The notes under the pieces were generated by a model that had not been told where the DNA came from, did not search any database, and worked only from the letters and a program-made list of their open reading frames with translations. From Antedon mediterranea (taxonomy: Eukaryota; Animalia; Echinodermata): a stretch of 64,000 bases of DNA. The stretch spans positions 20,353,365 through 20,417,364 of the forward strand of contig NC_092678.1 of NCBI RefSeq assembly GCF_964355755.1, given 5' to 3'. The position numbers and the translations under genes were made by a program. Below are positions 26,676-40,016 of this stretch, piece after piece (position 1 is the first letter of the stretch; the number at the start of each line of letters is the position of its first letter).

Positions 26676-27704
26676 GCAGATCATATAGGCCTAGGATAAT
26701 AACAAACAAATAATTTATTTTATGTTTAAGAAGTAGGAGTTAACTACATTTACATTCCTTTTTGTAAACAACAAGACACCTGAGGAACTTGAGGTTCATA
26801 TGCCATATAGGCTGAAGATAATTGCAATTGCATTCATTAATATTTTTTGATATTCTATATTTGTTATCATTCTATTTTGTCAGTATTGATGAACTATTTG
26901 CGATGAAAATTATACCTAGTGTTATTGTTTACAAATATTTATTTTATTTTACTTTCTTAATTAAATTAAATTCAATGGAATTGAAATTCGACATGAAATC
27001 CAATCTTCGTTTCCATCAGTAATGTATTTAATATAACGTAGTCGTTGATACTTGGAGACATAGCAACAATACACACACAATAGGCTATATTTGGAATAAG
27101 ATTTGTAAATATGTAAACTGCACTGCACTGCAAAAAGATGACAAAATTAATGTAAATTGGAATTTTCATAATTGATGTATAAGTTTTGTATTTTTCACGT
27201 TTTACATTTCGCATTTAATAGTTCAATTATTAAATTATAAAACAATAATGTAGAACTCTTGTTTGTTGTAGCATTCACTGTACCTGAATTTAAAATATTA
27301 TATTTAATATTCTTTACATCATTGATGTAGGTACATCATACTATTCTTTTTCCTTTGCTGAACTACTTATCAGATTCTACTTTTCTAGTGATCATTTTGG
27401 GATTTCTGCGAGGTTTAAAGTAAATTAATGTGAACCAGTAGGCCTACTAAACTTGACTTTGATACTTTTAGCTACAACTCGACTCTACAACTCACTATGT
27501 TGGTCGGTTGGTCGGTCGGTAAACACTAACTTGAGCACGCAATTGCAGCCATGTATATGACCTTGTTTTTTACTGTATAAAGGCGCTTAAAGACTGATAT
27601 TGTATTTATTGTCTTACATTGAAATTTAAATTGTCGACGTTTCCATCGCTGAACAGATGTGAACTGAACTCTGGTCAGTAATTCCTCAATTGCTTTTTCT
27701 CTCT

Positions 27705-28295
27705 CAAACGAAATATTTATAAGAACTGTGAGAAAGCAAAGAAACAAGGACGTGTGTAGGGTCAGCGACTGTCACTAGTCAAAAACCGAGTAGTAGCGTG
27801 TAGGACAGCAAGAGTAGTTGTTATATTGGCGCTTCAGTAGCATAAAGAAAAGTAGGAAGACCAAACGAAATCTTTATTTGAACTGTGGGAAAGAAAAGAA
27901 ACAAGAGAAACAAAGACGTGTGTAGTGTCAGCGACTGCCACTAGCCAAAGGCTGTGTAGCGTATAGGACAGCAAGAGTAGTTGTTATATTGGCGCCTCAG
28001 TAGCCTAAAGAAAAGTAGGAAGACCAAACACATCTTTATAAGAACTGTGGAAAAGAAAAGAAACAAAGACGTGTGCAGAGGCAGCGATTATCTGCAGCCA
28101 CGGGCTGGGTAGCGTGTAGGACAGCAAGAGCAGTTCTGATTTACTGGTGCCTCAGTAGCCTAACGAAAAGTAGGAAGACCAAACAAAATAGTTATAAGAA
28201 CTGTTGGAAAGAAAAGAAACAAGGACGTATGCTGCCGGCCAGAGGCAGCGACTGCCTGCAGCCAACTGCTGAGAAGCGCGTAAGACAGAAGTACC
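27705..28295. repeat. ~157-162-bp tandem repeat (~4 copies) upstream of a subfamily B receptor
   Basis: Recurring aagaaaagtaggaagaccaaac...aagaactgtgggaaagaaaagaaacaaggacgt...taggacagcaagagtag. Also at ~30590-30870, ~32830-33230 and ~37975-38365. Confidence 0.85.
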
Positions 28296-28367
28296 AGGCC
28301 CTATTGTTCTTGGATAGAAGGAATTAATATGATTTACAACGTATCCCTTCTTTGTAAATAAAGAATA

Positions 28368-29225
28368 ATGAATAACACAACTGAGGACAAGACACTAAAT
28401 GGTACTAATTCATTAATAATGGTATGTGTGTGGATAGGGATAGCCTTGTGGATAATTTTCAGTAATTCACTTGTTATCGGAATCACTCTCTGGAAAAAGC
28501 TTTACACTAACTTATCAAAACGTATCCAGTTTAGTTTAAGTATAGTTGACTTGATAACTGGATTAATAGGAAGTGTATGGGCATTGCAAAACCGTTTACT
28601 GAATACATCAATAATTGGATTACTAATGGATTGCATTTTCTTGTGCCTTGTGTTCATATCACAGCTACTTCTGTGTTTATTATCAATCGAAAGGTACGTA
28701 GCAGTAGTCTATCCGTTTCGTCATCATCGACTGATGTCTTCACGTGTTGTAAATACTGGAATTGCAGCAACGATTGTAACAGGAATACTCGTTTTCGTAG
28801 CTGGTGGATTCATAATAGTTTATGTTGACATGACAGTGTTTGCTATAATCTTCGATGCGACACGTTTAATAATTCTGACGTTGACATTCGTATTTAATTG
28901 CATCATTTATTTTAAAGCTAGAAAGCAACAACATAAAATTACCGCAATAGAGAATGCTGTCATCAGATCAAAACGCAAACAAGACTACAAAGCTACGAAA
29001 ACCACTTTGATTGTTATCGGCACATACTGTGTATGTGTATTCCCATATTTGGTGTATTTTCTGTCTCACTCTATATTAGAAATCATCCGTGGCGAAAAAG
29101 CTTATGACGACATAACTGCAGTTATGCTAGTGGCAGTTACGTATTTAAACTCTGGTATGAATCCTATCGTGTATTCGTTTAGGAATGAGCAATTTATTAA
29201 CTTTGTTCGTTCTCTGTTTAATTAA
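28368..29225 (+). CDS. Class A GPCR, 285 aa (subfamily B)
   Basis: Intact 7TM ORF with family motifs. Confidence 0.92.
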   Translation: MNNTTEDKTLNGTNSLIMVCVWIGIALWIIFSNSLVIGITLWKKLYTNLSKRIQFSLSIVDLITGLIGSVWALQNRLLNTSIIGLLMDCIFLCLVFISQLLLCLLSIERYVAVVYPFRHHRLMSSRVVNTGIAATIVTGILVFVAGGFIIVYVDMTVFAIIFDATRLIILTLTFVFNCIIYFKARKQQHKITAIENAVIRSKRKQDYKATKTTLIVIGTYCVCVFPYLVYFLSHSILEIIRGEKAYDDITAVMLVAVTYLNSGMNPIVYSFRNEQFINFVRSLFN

Positions 29226-29578
29226 TTTTAAGGATTAACTAGACTATAGGCCTACGACTCGGAGAAAATTAAATGTTTGCTTTTTGTGAAGTAGCAATGG
29301 GGAATGATTCATTACAAGTATGCCTACAAGAGCTTTCCTTTATATAGCAACTACAATATTTTATAGATCATATTTGCCAATACTTTTTTTTTAATTCTGT
29401 ATTTAGAAGTTTTTACCGTTTTGGTATACACTGATGTCTGTTACTAAACATTCTGAGGAAGCCAATTGACAATTTGAAAATCAGTTAGGTGTTTAAGGGA
29501 GGGGACTGATCGTTTTGCAACTAGAGGTAAACCCTTTTCTCAATTGAATCATTCACGTCATTTGTTATTTACATTAAA

Positions 29579-29755
29579 ATGAATAATACTACAGAGAACG
29601 ATCTCAATTTTGCTGACACAATAATATTTCCAGGTATAAGGATAGTGATATCATTGTGGATAATTGTCAGTAATGCTGTTGTTATCGCGGTCACTGTTTA
29701 GAAAAAGCTGTATACTAACTCTAACTTTGCAAAACGTATACAGTTCAGTATAAGC
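29579..29755 (+). pseudogene. 5' GPCR fragment
   Basis: MNNTTENDLNFADTIIFPGIRIVISLWIIVSNAVVIAVTV* (TGG>TAG), then KKLYTN. Homology stops at the start of TM2. Confidence 0.85.
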
Positions 29756-30944
29756 AATTATACATTAATTGCAATAAATTAATATTTGTGTTTTCTATAT
29801 TTATTGTCACATCCATTCAGCATTGATGAACTCTTTGCGATGAAAATTATATCTAGTGCTGTTGTTTACATTTGACACATACATCTATTTCATTTTAATT
29901 TCATCATTACATTAAATTCAATGGAAATAAAATTCTACATGAATTCCAATCTTCATTTTCATTAGTAAATGTATATAATATAATTTGTTATTTGTTGATA
30001 CTTGGTGGAGACATAACAACAATACACACACACAATAGGCTATATTTGGAATAAGATTTGCAAATGGACATTCAACCGTGTAAACTGCACTGCACAAAAT
30101 TGATGTATAAGTTTTGTATTTTTCACGTTTTATATTTCGCATTTAATAGTTCAATTATTAAATTATAAAACAATAATGTAGAACTCTTGTTTGTTGTAGC
30201 ATTCACTGTACCTGAATTTTAAAATATCATATTTAATATTCTTTACATCATTGATGTAGGCACATCATAATATTCTCGTTCTTTTGCTGAACTCACCAGA
30301 TTGTGCTTTTATACCATCATTCAGCATATTGGGTTGGTCACCAGAATTTCAATGGTTGAGAGATTTTCTAGTGATCATTTTGGGATTTTCTGCGAGGTTT
30401 AAAGTAAATAATGTGAACCTGTACTAAACTTGACTTTGATACTTTTAGCTACAACTTCAATGTTTTTACTGTATAAAGTACGCTTAAAGATTGATTAGTG
30501 TTGTCTTACATTGAAATTGTCGACATTTCCATCGCTGAACTCGTGTGAACTGAACTCTTGTCAGTAATTCCCCAATTGATTTTTCTCTCTCAAACGAAAT
30601 CTTTATAAGAACTGTGGGAAATAAAAGAAACAAGGACGTGTGCCGACGAAGTGACTGTCACTAACCAAAGGTCAAGTAGTTCTTTGTAGTAGTTCCTACT
30701 AGAGTAGTTCTGATATTGGCACCTCAGTAGTCTAAAGAAAAGTAGGAAGACCAAACGAAATCTTTATATGAACTGTTGGAAAGAAAAGAAACAAGGACGT
30801 ATGCTGCCGGCCATAGACAGCGACTGCCTGCAGCCAAAGGAAGAGCTGAGAAGCGCCTAGGACAGAGGTGTCAGATCCTATATTACTTGGAGAGAAGGAA
30901 TTAATATGATTTACAACGTATCCATTGATTGAAAATATAGAATA

Positions 30945-31795
30945 ATGAATAACGCAACTGAGGACAAGGCACTACATTTTAATAATGCAATAGCATGTAT
31001 GTGGATAGTGATATCCATTTGGATAGTTTTCAGTAATTCAGTTGTTATCGGGATTACTCTCTGGAAAAAGCTTTACACTAACTTGTATCAACGACAACGT
31101 GACAACGTATTCAGTTCAGTTTAAGTATAGTTGACTTGATAACTGGAATAATTGGAAGTGTATGGGCATTGCAAAACCGTTTACTGAATACATCAATAAT
31201 TGGATTACTAATTGGTTACATTTTATTTTGCCTTGTGTTTTTATCACAGTTACTGCTGTGTTTATTATCAATCGAAAGATACGTAGCAATAGTCTATCCG
31301 TTTCGTCATCCTCGACTGATGTCACCACGTGTTGTAAATACTGGAATTGCAGCAACGATTGTAACAGGAATACTCGTTTTCATAGCAGTCTATGTTGGCG
31401 GGTCAGTTTTTGCTATAATCTTCGATGCGACACGTCTAATTATTCTGACGTTGATATTCGTATTCAATTGCATTATTTATTTTAAAGCTAGAAAGCAACA
31501 ACGACAGATTACCGCAATAGAGAATGCTGTGATCAGATCAAAACGCACACAAGACTACAAAGCTACGAAAACCACTTTGATTGTTATCGGCACATACTTT
31601 GTATGTGTATTCCCATATTTGGTGTATGTTCTGTCTCATTCTATATTAGAAGTAATCCGTGGCGAAAAAGCTTATGACGACATAACTGCAGTTATACTAA
31701 TAGTAGTTACGTATTTAAACTCTGGTATGAATCCTATCGTGTATTCGTTTCGAAATGAGCAATTTATTAACTTTGCTGTTTCTCTGTTTAATTAA
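30945..31795 (+). pseudogene. Frameshifted subfamily B GPCR
   Basis: Net +14 nt at ~31087-31104 (aacttg tatcaacgacaacgtgac aacgt vs aacttg tcaa aacgt in 33306) gives an early TAA. An 18-nt in-frame deletion also removes the end of TM4. Confidence 0.88.
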
Positions 31796-33305
31796 TTTTA
31801 AGGATTAACTAGACTATAGGCCTACGACTCGGAGAAAATTAAATGTTCGCTTTTTGTGAAGTAGCAATGGGGAATGATTAATTACAAGTATGCCTAAAAG
31901 AGCTTTCCTTTATAGCAACTAAAATATTATATACATCATAATTATTTTGCCACTACTTTTTTAAAATTCTGCATATAGAAGTACCGTTTTGGTATGCACT
32001 GATGTCGGTTACTAAACATTTTGAGGAAGCCAATTGACCAATGGAAAATCAGTTAAGTGTTTAAGGGAGGAGACTTATCGTTTCGCAACTCAATTGAATC
32101 ATTCACGTCATGTGTCAGTCACTTCTATAATCTCAAAATTACCTAGTGTTATTGTTTACGTTTGACACATCCATTTATTTCATTTTAATTTCATAATTAA
32201 ATTAATTTCGATGGCAATGAAATTCGACATGAAATCCAATCCTCATTTCCATCAGTAAATGTATTTAATATAGTTTAGTCGTTGATACTTGGAGACATAA
32301 CAACAATACACAGACACAATAAGCTATATTTGGAATAAAATTTGTAAATGAACATTCAACCGTGTAAACTTCACTTTAACAAGATGACAAAATTAATATA
32401 AATTGGAATTTTCAAAATTGATGTATAGGCCTAAGTTTTGTATTTCACGTATTACATTTCGCATTTGATAGTTTAATATTATAAAAACAATAGCGTAGAA
32501 CTCTTGTTTGTTGTAGCATTCACTGTACCTGAATTTAAAATATCATATTTAATATTCTTTACATCATTGATGTAGGCACATCATACTATTCTTGTTCCTT
32601 TGCTGAACTACATCAGATTCTACTTTTCTACCATCATTCAGCATAGGCTTATTGGGTTGGTCACCAGAATTTCAACTAGATTTTTTTACTGTATGAAATA
32701 CGCTTAAAGATTGATATTATATTAATTGTCTTACATTGAAATTGAAATTGTTGACGTTGACATTTCCATCGCTGAACTCGTGTGAACTGAACTCTGGTCA
32801 ATAATTCCTCAATTGTTTTTTCTTTCTCAAACAAAATCTTTATAAAAACTGTTGAAAAGAAAAGAAACAAGGACGTATGCTGGCGGCCAGAGGCAGCGAC
32901 TGCCTGCAGCCAAAGGCCGAGTTCCATGTAGGACAGCAAGAGTAGTTGTTATATTGGCGCCTCAATAGCCTAAAAAAAAGTAGGAACACCAAACGAAATA
33001 TTTATAAGAACTGTGGGAAAGAAAATAAACAACGACGTGTGCAGAGGCAGCGATGCATGTTGGACAGCAAGAGTACCGTAATTGTAATATTGGCGCCTCA
33101 GTAGCCTAAGGAAAAGAAGGAAGACCAAGCAAAATATTAGAACTGTTGGAAAGAAAATGAACAAAGATGTATACTGCCGGTCAGAGGCTAGACAGCGACT
33201 GTCAGGAGCCACAGGATGAGAAGCGTTTAGCACAGATGTTGTTTTTCTTGGAGAGAAGTAATTAATATGATTTACAACGTACCCATTGATTGATAATAAC
33301 GAATA

Positions 33306-34157
33306 ATGAATAACACAAATGAGGACAAGACACTAAATGGTACTAATTCAATAATAATGGTATGTGTGTGGATAGTGATATCCTTGTGGATAATTGTCAG
33401 TAATTCACTTGTTATCGGGATCACTCTCTGGAAAAATCTTTACACTAACTTGTCAAAACGTATCCAGTTCAGTTTAAGTATAGTTGACTTGATAACTGGA
33501 ATTATTGGAAGTGTATGGGCATTGCAAAACCGTTTACTGAATATATCAATAATTGGATTACTAATGGATTGCATTTTCTTGTGCCTTGTGTTCATATCAC
33601 AGCTACTTCTGTGTTTATTATCGATTGAAAGATACGTAGCAATAGTCTATCCGTTTCGTCATTGTCGACTGATGTCTCCACGTGTTGTAAATACTGGAAT
33701 TGCAGCAACGATTGTAACAGGAATACTCGTTTTCATAGCTGGTGGATTCATAACAGTTTGTGTTGACGTGTCAGTTTTTGCTATAATCTTCGATGCGACA
33801 CGTTTGATAATTCTGACGTTGACATTCGTATTCAATTGCATCATTTATTTTAAAGCTAGAAAGCAACAACATAAAATTACCACAATAGAGAATGCTGTCA
33901 TCAGATCAAAACGCAAACAAGACTACAAAGCTACAAAAACCACTTTGATTGTTATCGGCACATACTTTGTATGTGTATTCCCATATTTGGTGTATTTTCT
34001 GTCTCACTCTATAGTAATCCGTGGCGAAAAAGCTTATGACGGCATAACTGCAGTTATGCTAGTGGCAGTTACGTATTTAAACTCTGGTATGAATCCTATC
34101 GTGTATTCGTTTAGGAATGAGCAATTTATTAACTTTGTTCGTTCTCTGTTTAATTAA
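33306..34157 (+). CDS. Class A GPCR, 283 aa (subfamily B)
   Basis: Intact ORF, close paralog of 28368. Confidence 0.92.
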   Translation: MNNTNEDKTLNGTNSIIMVCVWIVISLWIIVSNSLVIGITLWKNLYTNLSKRIQFSLSIVDLITGIIGSVWALQNRLLNISIIGLLMDCIFLCLVFISQLLLCLLSIERYVAIVYPFRHCRLMSPRVVNTGIAATIVTGILVFIAGGFITVCVDVSVFAIIFDATRLIILTLTFVFNCIIYFKARKQQHKITTIENAVIRSKRKQDYKATKTTLIVIGTYFVCVFPYLVYFLSHSIVIRGEKAYDGITAVMLVAVTYLNSGMNPIVYSFRNEQFINFVRSLFN

Positions 34158-35630
34158 TTTTAAGGATTAACTAGACTATACGACTCGGAGAAAATTAAAT
34201 GTTCGCTTTTTGTGAAGTAGCAATGCTGAATGATTAATTACAAGTATGCCTACAAGAGCTTTCCTTTATAGCAACTAAAATATTATATACATCATAATTA
34301 TTTTGCCACTACTTTTTTAAAATTCTGCATATAGAAGTACCGTTTTGGTATGCACTGATGTCGGTTACTAAACATTTTGAGGAAGCCAATTGACCAATGG
34401 AAAATCAGTTAAGTGTTTAAGGGAGGAGACTTATCGTTTCGCAACTCAATTGAATCATTCACGTCATGTGTCAGTCACTTCTATAATCTCAAAATTAGCT
34501 AGTGTTATTGTTTACGTTTGACACATCCATTAATTTCATTTTAATTTCATAATTAAATTAATTTCGATGGCAATGAAATTCGACATGAAATCCAATCCTC
34601 ATTTCCATCAGTAAATGTATTTAATATAGTTTAGTCGTTGATACTTGGAGACATAACAACAATACACAGACACAATAGGCTATATTTGGAATAAAATTTG
34701 TAAATGAACATTCAACCGTGTAAACTTCACTTTAAAAAGATGACAAAATTAATATAAATTGGAATTTTCAAAATTGATGTATAGGCCTAAGTTTTGTATT
34801 TCACGTATTACATTTCGCATTTGATAGTTCAATATTATACAGTCAGCAGTGGTTAGGAGACTGAACTAACTGAACTGTGTATGTCAAGTTAAGAAATAAT
34901 ACACGCAGAGCGCTTGATGTTATTGTAAGTTGTAGGCTAGGTCTTTTCTAAGTGTTCAGTATAGTATAGCAAAATACGAAGATAATTGGAATATTCTATT
35001 TCTATCACATGTCACACAATATAGATGATTTCTTTAACGTTACAACTATTAAACCTAATAATATAGGGTTACGTTTAACACATATAGTGTTCAATATTGT
35101 TTTACTATAATTCAATAATTGCACTAATAATAGGTAAATTTGTACATAAAAGACAATATAATTATATCACCTTCAGATATTGTGTTTAATACAATTTAGT
35201 AATATTTACAGAAGTTACAGTTTTACAATTTTTAAATCTGTTGTCCTAATTAGGTTAGCTGATATTTAGTAGCAATCTCTTTCAGTGGGATTAGTTCCTT
35301 TCAGCCGAACATTGTAGGCCTACTGTAGGCCTACTCTTCAGTACTTTCTCATCGGCACACTCGTGGGTAACCACTAGCAAAAACACCGTTGTTTTCGTCA
35401 GAATGAATGCTTATGCAGGCCTAACAAGAGTCTTCATTTCTATTTCACGACTGTTTATAAGCTGAACTCCGTGATGTTGAACTTTGAACTTGAACTTAAA
35501 TCTCATCCTCGGTAATTTGCTTCATTGAATTGCCTGCTTTTTGACTATTTTATTTCGCAGCCTGTGTTCTCATTTTTTCGCTTTCTGTTTACTTTGATAT
35601 CAACATACCTCATGCTATCAAACTTTTGAA

Positions 35631-36500
35631 ATGAATAACACAACTAGTTATGAAGACGAAATATCAACTGTTAGGCCTACTAATATAGTAATGTGTACTT
35701 GGCTTGTGATATCGTCGTGGATAATTTTCAGTAATTCAGTTGTTATTGCTGTCACTATTAGGAAAAAACTTTACACTAATTTGGCAAAACGTATCCAGTT
35801 CAGTTTAAGTATAGTTGATTTAATATCTGGAATAATTGGTAGTATATTGTCAATGTGTAGAATTTTATTGCAAAGATCAATATTTGAAGAAATATTTGAC
35901 ACTGTTTTTCTGTTTCTTGTCTTCATATCGCAACTACATCTTGGGTTATTAGTAATCGAAAGATACGTAGCAATAGTTTATCCGTTACGTCACAATCAAA
36001 TAATGACATCACGCGTTGTGAATATAGGAATTGCAGTGACGTATATTATAGGGTGTTTTATCTTCATATCTAGAGTACTTTTCATAGTTTTTTCCAAGGA
36101 TTGGTTATTTTTATTGACGTGTTATACAATAAATCTAATACTTCTGCTGTTAATATGTGTCTTTAACGTTATCATTTACTGCAAGGCTAGACGACAACAA
36201 AATAAAATCGACGCAATGGAAAATTCTGTAATCCGATCAAAACGCAAAAAAGACTACAAAGCTACGAAAACAACTACAATAATTGTGGGCACATATTTTG
36301 TATGTATTTTTCCACTTGTCGCATATTTACTGTATCAGTCCCTATCTGATATCATTTCTGGTAAAAACTCTTTTGATAATATTGCAATCGCAATACTATT
36401 AACAATTACTTTTATAAACTCTGGTTTAAATCCGATCGTGTATTCTTTTAGAAATAAGCAATTTGTTAATTATTTTCGTTCTTTGTTCAGTAATATTTAG
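35631..36500 (+). CDS. Class A GPCR, 289 aa (subfamily C)
   Basis: Intact ORF with LHLGLLVIERYVAIVYPL and NSGLNPIVYSFRN. Confidence 0.92.
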   Translation: MNNTTSYEDEISTVRPTNIVMCTWLVISSWIIFSNSVVIAVTIRKKLYTNLAKRIQFSLSIVDLISGIIGSILSMCRILLQRSIFEEIFDTVFLFLVFISQLHLGLLVIERYVAIVYPLRHNQIMTSRVVNIGIAVTYIIGCFIFISRVLFIVFSKDWLFLLTCYTINLILLLLICVFNVIIYCKARRQQNKIDAMENSVIRSKRKKDYKATKTTTIIVGTYFVCIFPLVAYLLYQSLSDIISGKNSFDNIAIAILLTITFINSGLNPIVYSFRNKQFVNYFRSLFSNI

Positions 36501-37398
36501 GCTGTATTATTTACCAGTTATAATACTGAATGTTGATGAGTTGGATGGTCAGAATTATTCTTGAATTGAAAAAAAAAAATGACTTCTATGTTTTTAGAGC
36601 CGGAGCCGAGTTCAATAGAGCAGTAAACTTTTCATCGAATGAAATATTCTCTCCATTCAATGATCATAACACATTCATTATTTGTTTTATAACACACTTA
36701 CTGTTCTATAATAAAATATCCATCAAAAACAATTGACGAAGGCTAGGTCGACAACCTAGGCAATTTAAAATGGCATTGCTCCAAGTTTTGATGACACGTG
36801 ATGCTTAATTGACCAATCAAATGTGTTATTACTGTCACTCTGTTACACATTGTACTTATACTATTCATTATTATTTTTACTTATTGTTATAATTAAAAAA
36901 TGAAATAGAATATTCCTCAAGGTTAACAATTGATTTAATACAATTATGGTATTGTTAGCCTCTGCTACGTTTTTTTTTTAGCTTTTGTAATCATTTTTTT
37001 TCACAAGACAATTATAACATTGTAGGTATCTCAATTGAATCAATTGAATCTAATGTCAACAGCAAGTCAATGACTATTAATGTCTTAAAAGACGGTTATT
37101 TCAAAGGAAGAAAAATAACCATTGGTGTCGAAGCGTTTTTTCTTGGTGTCTTCATGCTCTTTCAGTGAACATTGTACGCTATGTTCTTTGCTTCATTTCT
37201 CACACCATTGTAGGCCAACTCTCAATTTCCTTCTGAAATCGGCCGGTAACATTAGCAGCAACAACAAATTCGTACGTTTGGATTAGAATCAGTAAATTTT
37301 AAGATTCAAATCAATCGTCATTTTCATTGCACAACAATTAGTATGAACTTGTACTCATTTGAACTTGAAGTGGACTCTCATTATAGTAGGCATGTTAA

Positions 37399-37957
37399 GG
37401 TGCATATTTTAAGCAAATCCTTCAAATTGTGATAATATTTTGAAACTTTGCACAGTTACTCATTAGGGTGTCAAAAACATTAAATGGAAGGGTTGCACAA
37501 AATTTGGTCAGAGGAAAGCCGTCATTTTGGATTTCAAAATGGCGGACCCCCAAATTTTCACTTTTCAGGTGCATCTCTGCTAAAAAGGCACCTAGAGTTC
37601 TGAGTTTAGGTGCAAATTATATGGTAATGGGGTCACCAAACATATTGGTATAACTAACATTTTGATTGCATGGCGGCCATGTTGGATTTCAAAATGGCGG
37701 ACTTCAAATTTTCACTTTGTAGGTATATCTCAGCTAAAAAGGTACACAGAGTTCTGAGTTTAGGTGCAAATTATATGGTAATGGGTTACCAAACATATTG
37801 GTATAACTAACATTTTGATTGCATGGCGGCCATGTTGGATTTCAAAATGGTGGACCCCAAATTTTCACTTTGTAGGTATATCTCTGCTAAAAAGGTACAT
37901 AGAGTTCTGAGTTTAGGTGCAAATTATATGGTAATGGGTCACCAAACATATTGGTAT
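37399..37957. mobile_element. Truncated DNA-transposon-like fragment containing ~154-bp tandem repeats (~2.8 copies)
   Basis: Starts after TTAA with GG. Repeats of ggatttcaaaatggcggac...catggcggccatgtt. Interrupts a D/E-type upstream region. Confidence 0.55.
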
Positions 37958-38447
37958 TAAAAGAAAAGTATCTAAAGAAAAGTAGGAAGACCAAACAAAA
38001 TATTTATAAGAACTGTGAAAGCAAAGAAAGAACGACATGTGCAGAAGAAGCGACTGTCACTAGTTCCAGTAGTAACGTGTAGGACAGCAAGAGTAGTTGT
38101 TATATTGGAGCCTCAGAAGCCTAAAGAAAAGTAGGAACACCAAACTAAATATTTATAAGAACTGTGGGAAAGAAAAGAAACAACGACGTGTACAGAGGCA
38201 GCGATGCATGTAGGACAGCAAGAGTAGTTAATTGGTTGGTAGATATTGGCGCCGCAGTAGCCTAACGAAAAGTAGGAAGACCAAACGAAAGAAAAGAAAC
38301 AAGGAAGTATGCCATAGGCAGCAACTGTCTGCAGCCAAAGGCTGAGAAGCGCGTAGAACAGAGGTACCAGGCCCTATTGTTTCTTGGACAGCAGGAATTA
38401 ACATGATTTACAACGTAGGCCTATCCATTGATTGAAAATAAAGAATA

Positions 38448-38722
38448 ATGAATAACGCAACTGAGGACAAGGCACTAAATGTTGATAATGCAATAGCAGG
38501 TGTGTGGATAGTGATATCCTTGTGGATAATTGTCAGTAATTTAGTTGTTATCGGGGTCACTCTCTGTCAAACGTATCCAGTTTAGTTTAAGTATAGTTGA
38601 CTTGATAATCGCAATACTATTAACGGATACTTATATAAACTCTGGTTTGAATCCCATCGTTTACTCTTTTAGAAATAAACAATTTCTTCATAATTTTCGT
38701 TCTGTGGTCAGTAACATTTTGA
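38448..38722 (+). pseudogene. Chimeric deleted GPCR: subfamily B 5' end fused to subfamily C TM7
   Basis: MNNATEDKALNVDNAIAGVWIVISLW...SLSIVDLI joined directly to IAILLTDTYINSGLNPIVYSFRNKQF. Confidence 0.85.
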
Positions 38723-38772
38723 CTCTTGACTTATTTACCAGTCAAAATAAAGAACGTATCAAACTGATAAAT

Positions 38773-38937
38773 AAATGATAACGGTGGTATGTTGGAACGT
38801 TCCACATGAGGGCGTGGTTGCGGATTAGACCATTATGGTCCAGGAGTATCTTAGAAACTTTTCGTATCTAAGCCCTCCCCTCTAGAAAGCACGGGCTATT
38901 GTCGGTTAATCCTGGTAAGCTAGGCACGAAATAAACT
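38773..38937 (-). mobile_element. Diverged solitary DIRS left terminal repeat
   Basis: Reverse complement matches 15875-16045 with several substitutions and indels, and ends in the left-end-specific taggcacga.ata.ac. Confidence 0.85.
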
Positions 38938-40016
38938 GACAAATTGAGGCGAAACAGAGTTATATAGAGCAGTCAATTTTTCATCGAATGAAATATTCTC
39001 TACATTCAACGAATACAAAACATTAATTATTTGTTTTATAACACACCTACTGTTCTAATTTCTAATTCAGTAAACTTTTTATTCAATGTCCATCATAAAT
39101 CCTTGATTTAGGTCGAGAAGCTAGGCCATTTAAAATGGCATTTCTCCGAATTTTGGACGCACAGTTACAGACGGCGTGCATAAATGCCAAATGACACGTG
39201 ATGAGTAATTATTTAATCAAATTTGTTATTGCTGTCACTCTTGTACTATCTGTTAAACATTGTACTCACATTCTTTTCATTATTATTTTATATATTTTTA
39301 TATTAATAAACTATGCACTATTATTAGTGAATTATGCTTAACGAAATATAATATTCCTCACGCTTAGCAATTGATTTTATTAAAATCATAGTATTGTTAG
39401 CTTCAGCTACGTTTTTTGTATCTTTTGTAATTATTTTGTCTGGCAGAAGTTAGGCAATATCGGTCTATGTCATTTATAACATTGTAGCTATCTCAATTAA
39501 AGCAATACCGTGTATATCACCAATGCCAACAGCAAGTCAGTGACTATCAAATGTCTTAAAAGACGGTTACTTCAGAAGAAGAAAAATAACCATTGGTGTC
39601 GAAGCGTTATTCCTTGTTGTCTCCGTGTTGAACATTGTACGGTATAGTTCTATACTTCATTTCTCACCATTGTAGGCCAACTATCAATTTCTTTTTAAAA
39701 TCGGTCGGTGACGTTAGCAGCAACAACAACAAATTCGTACGTTTTATTTGTGTATACCCGGAGTTGATACAGTAAAAACACCAATTATCATATTCATTGC
39801 AACCACTATGAATTTGTATTCATGTGAACTTGAAGTGTACTCTCAACAGTAATTCCGGATAAATAACAGTGTTGCCGGAGGGGTCCTTATGGTGGTGAAT
39901 TGAGCAGTACAATACAGTGTATGTCGGTGCTCTCTAAGAATTAATGCATTCTCGTTCTCTGCCAATTTAGTTTGATTTCAACACACCAACTACACCTTTA
40001 GGCCTAAACATTAAAA

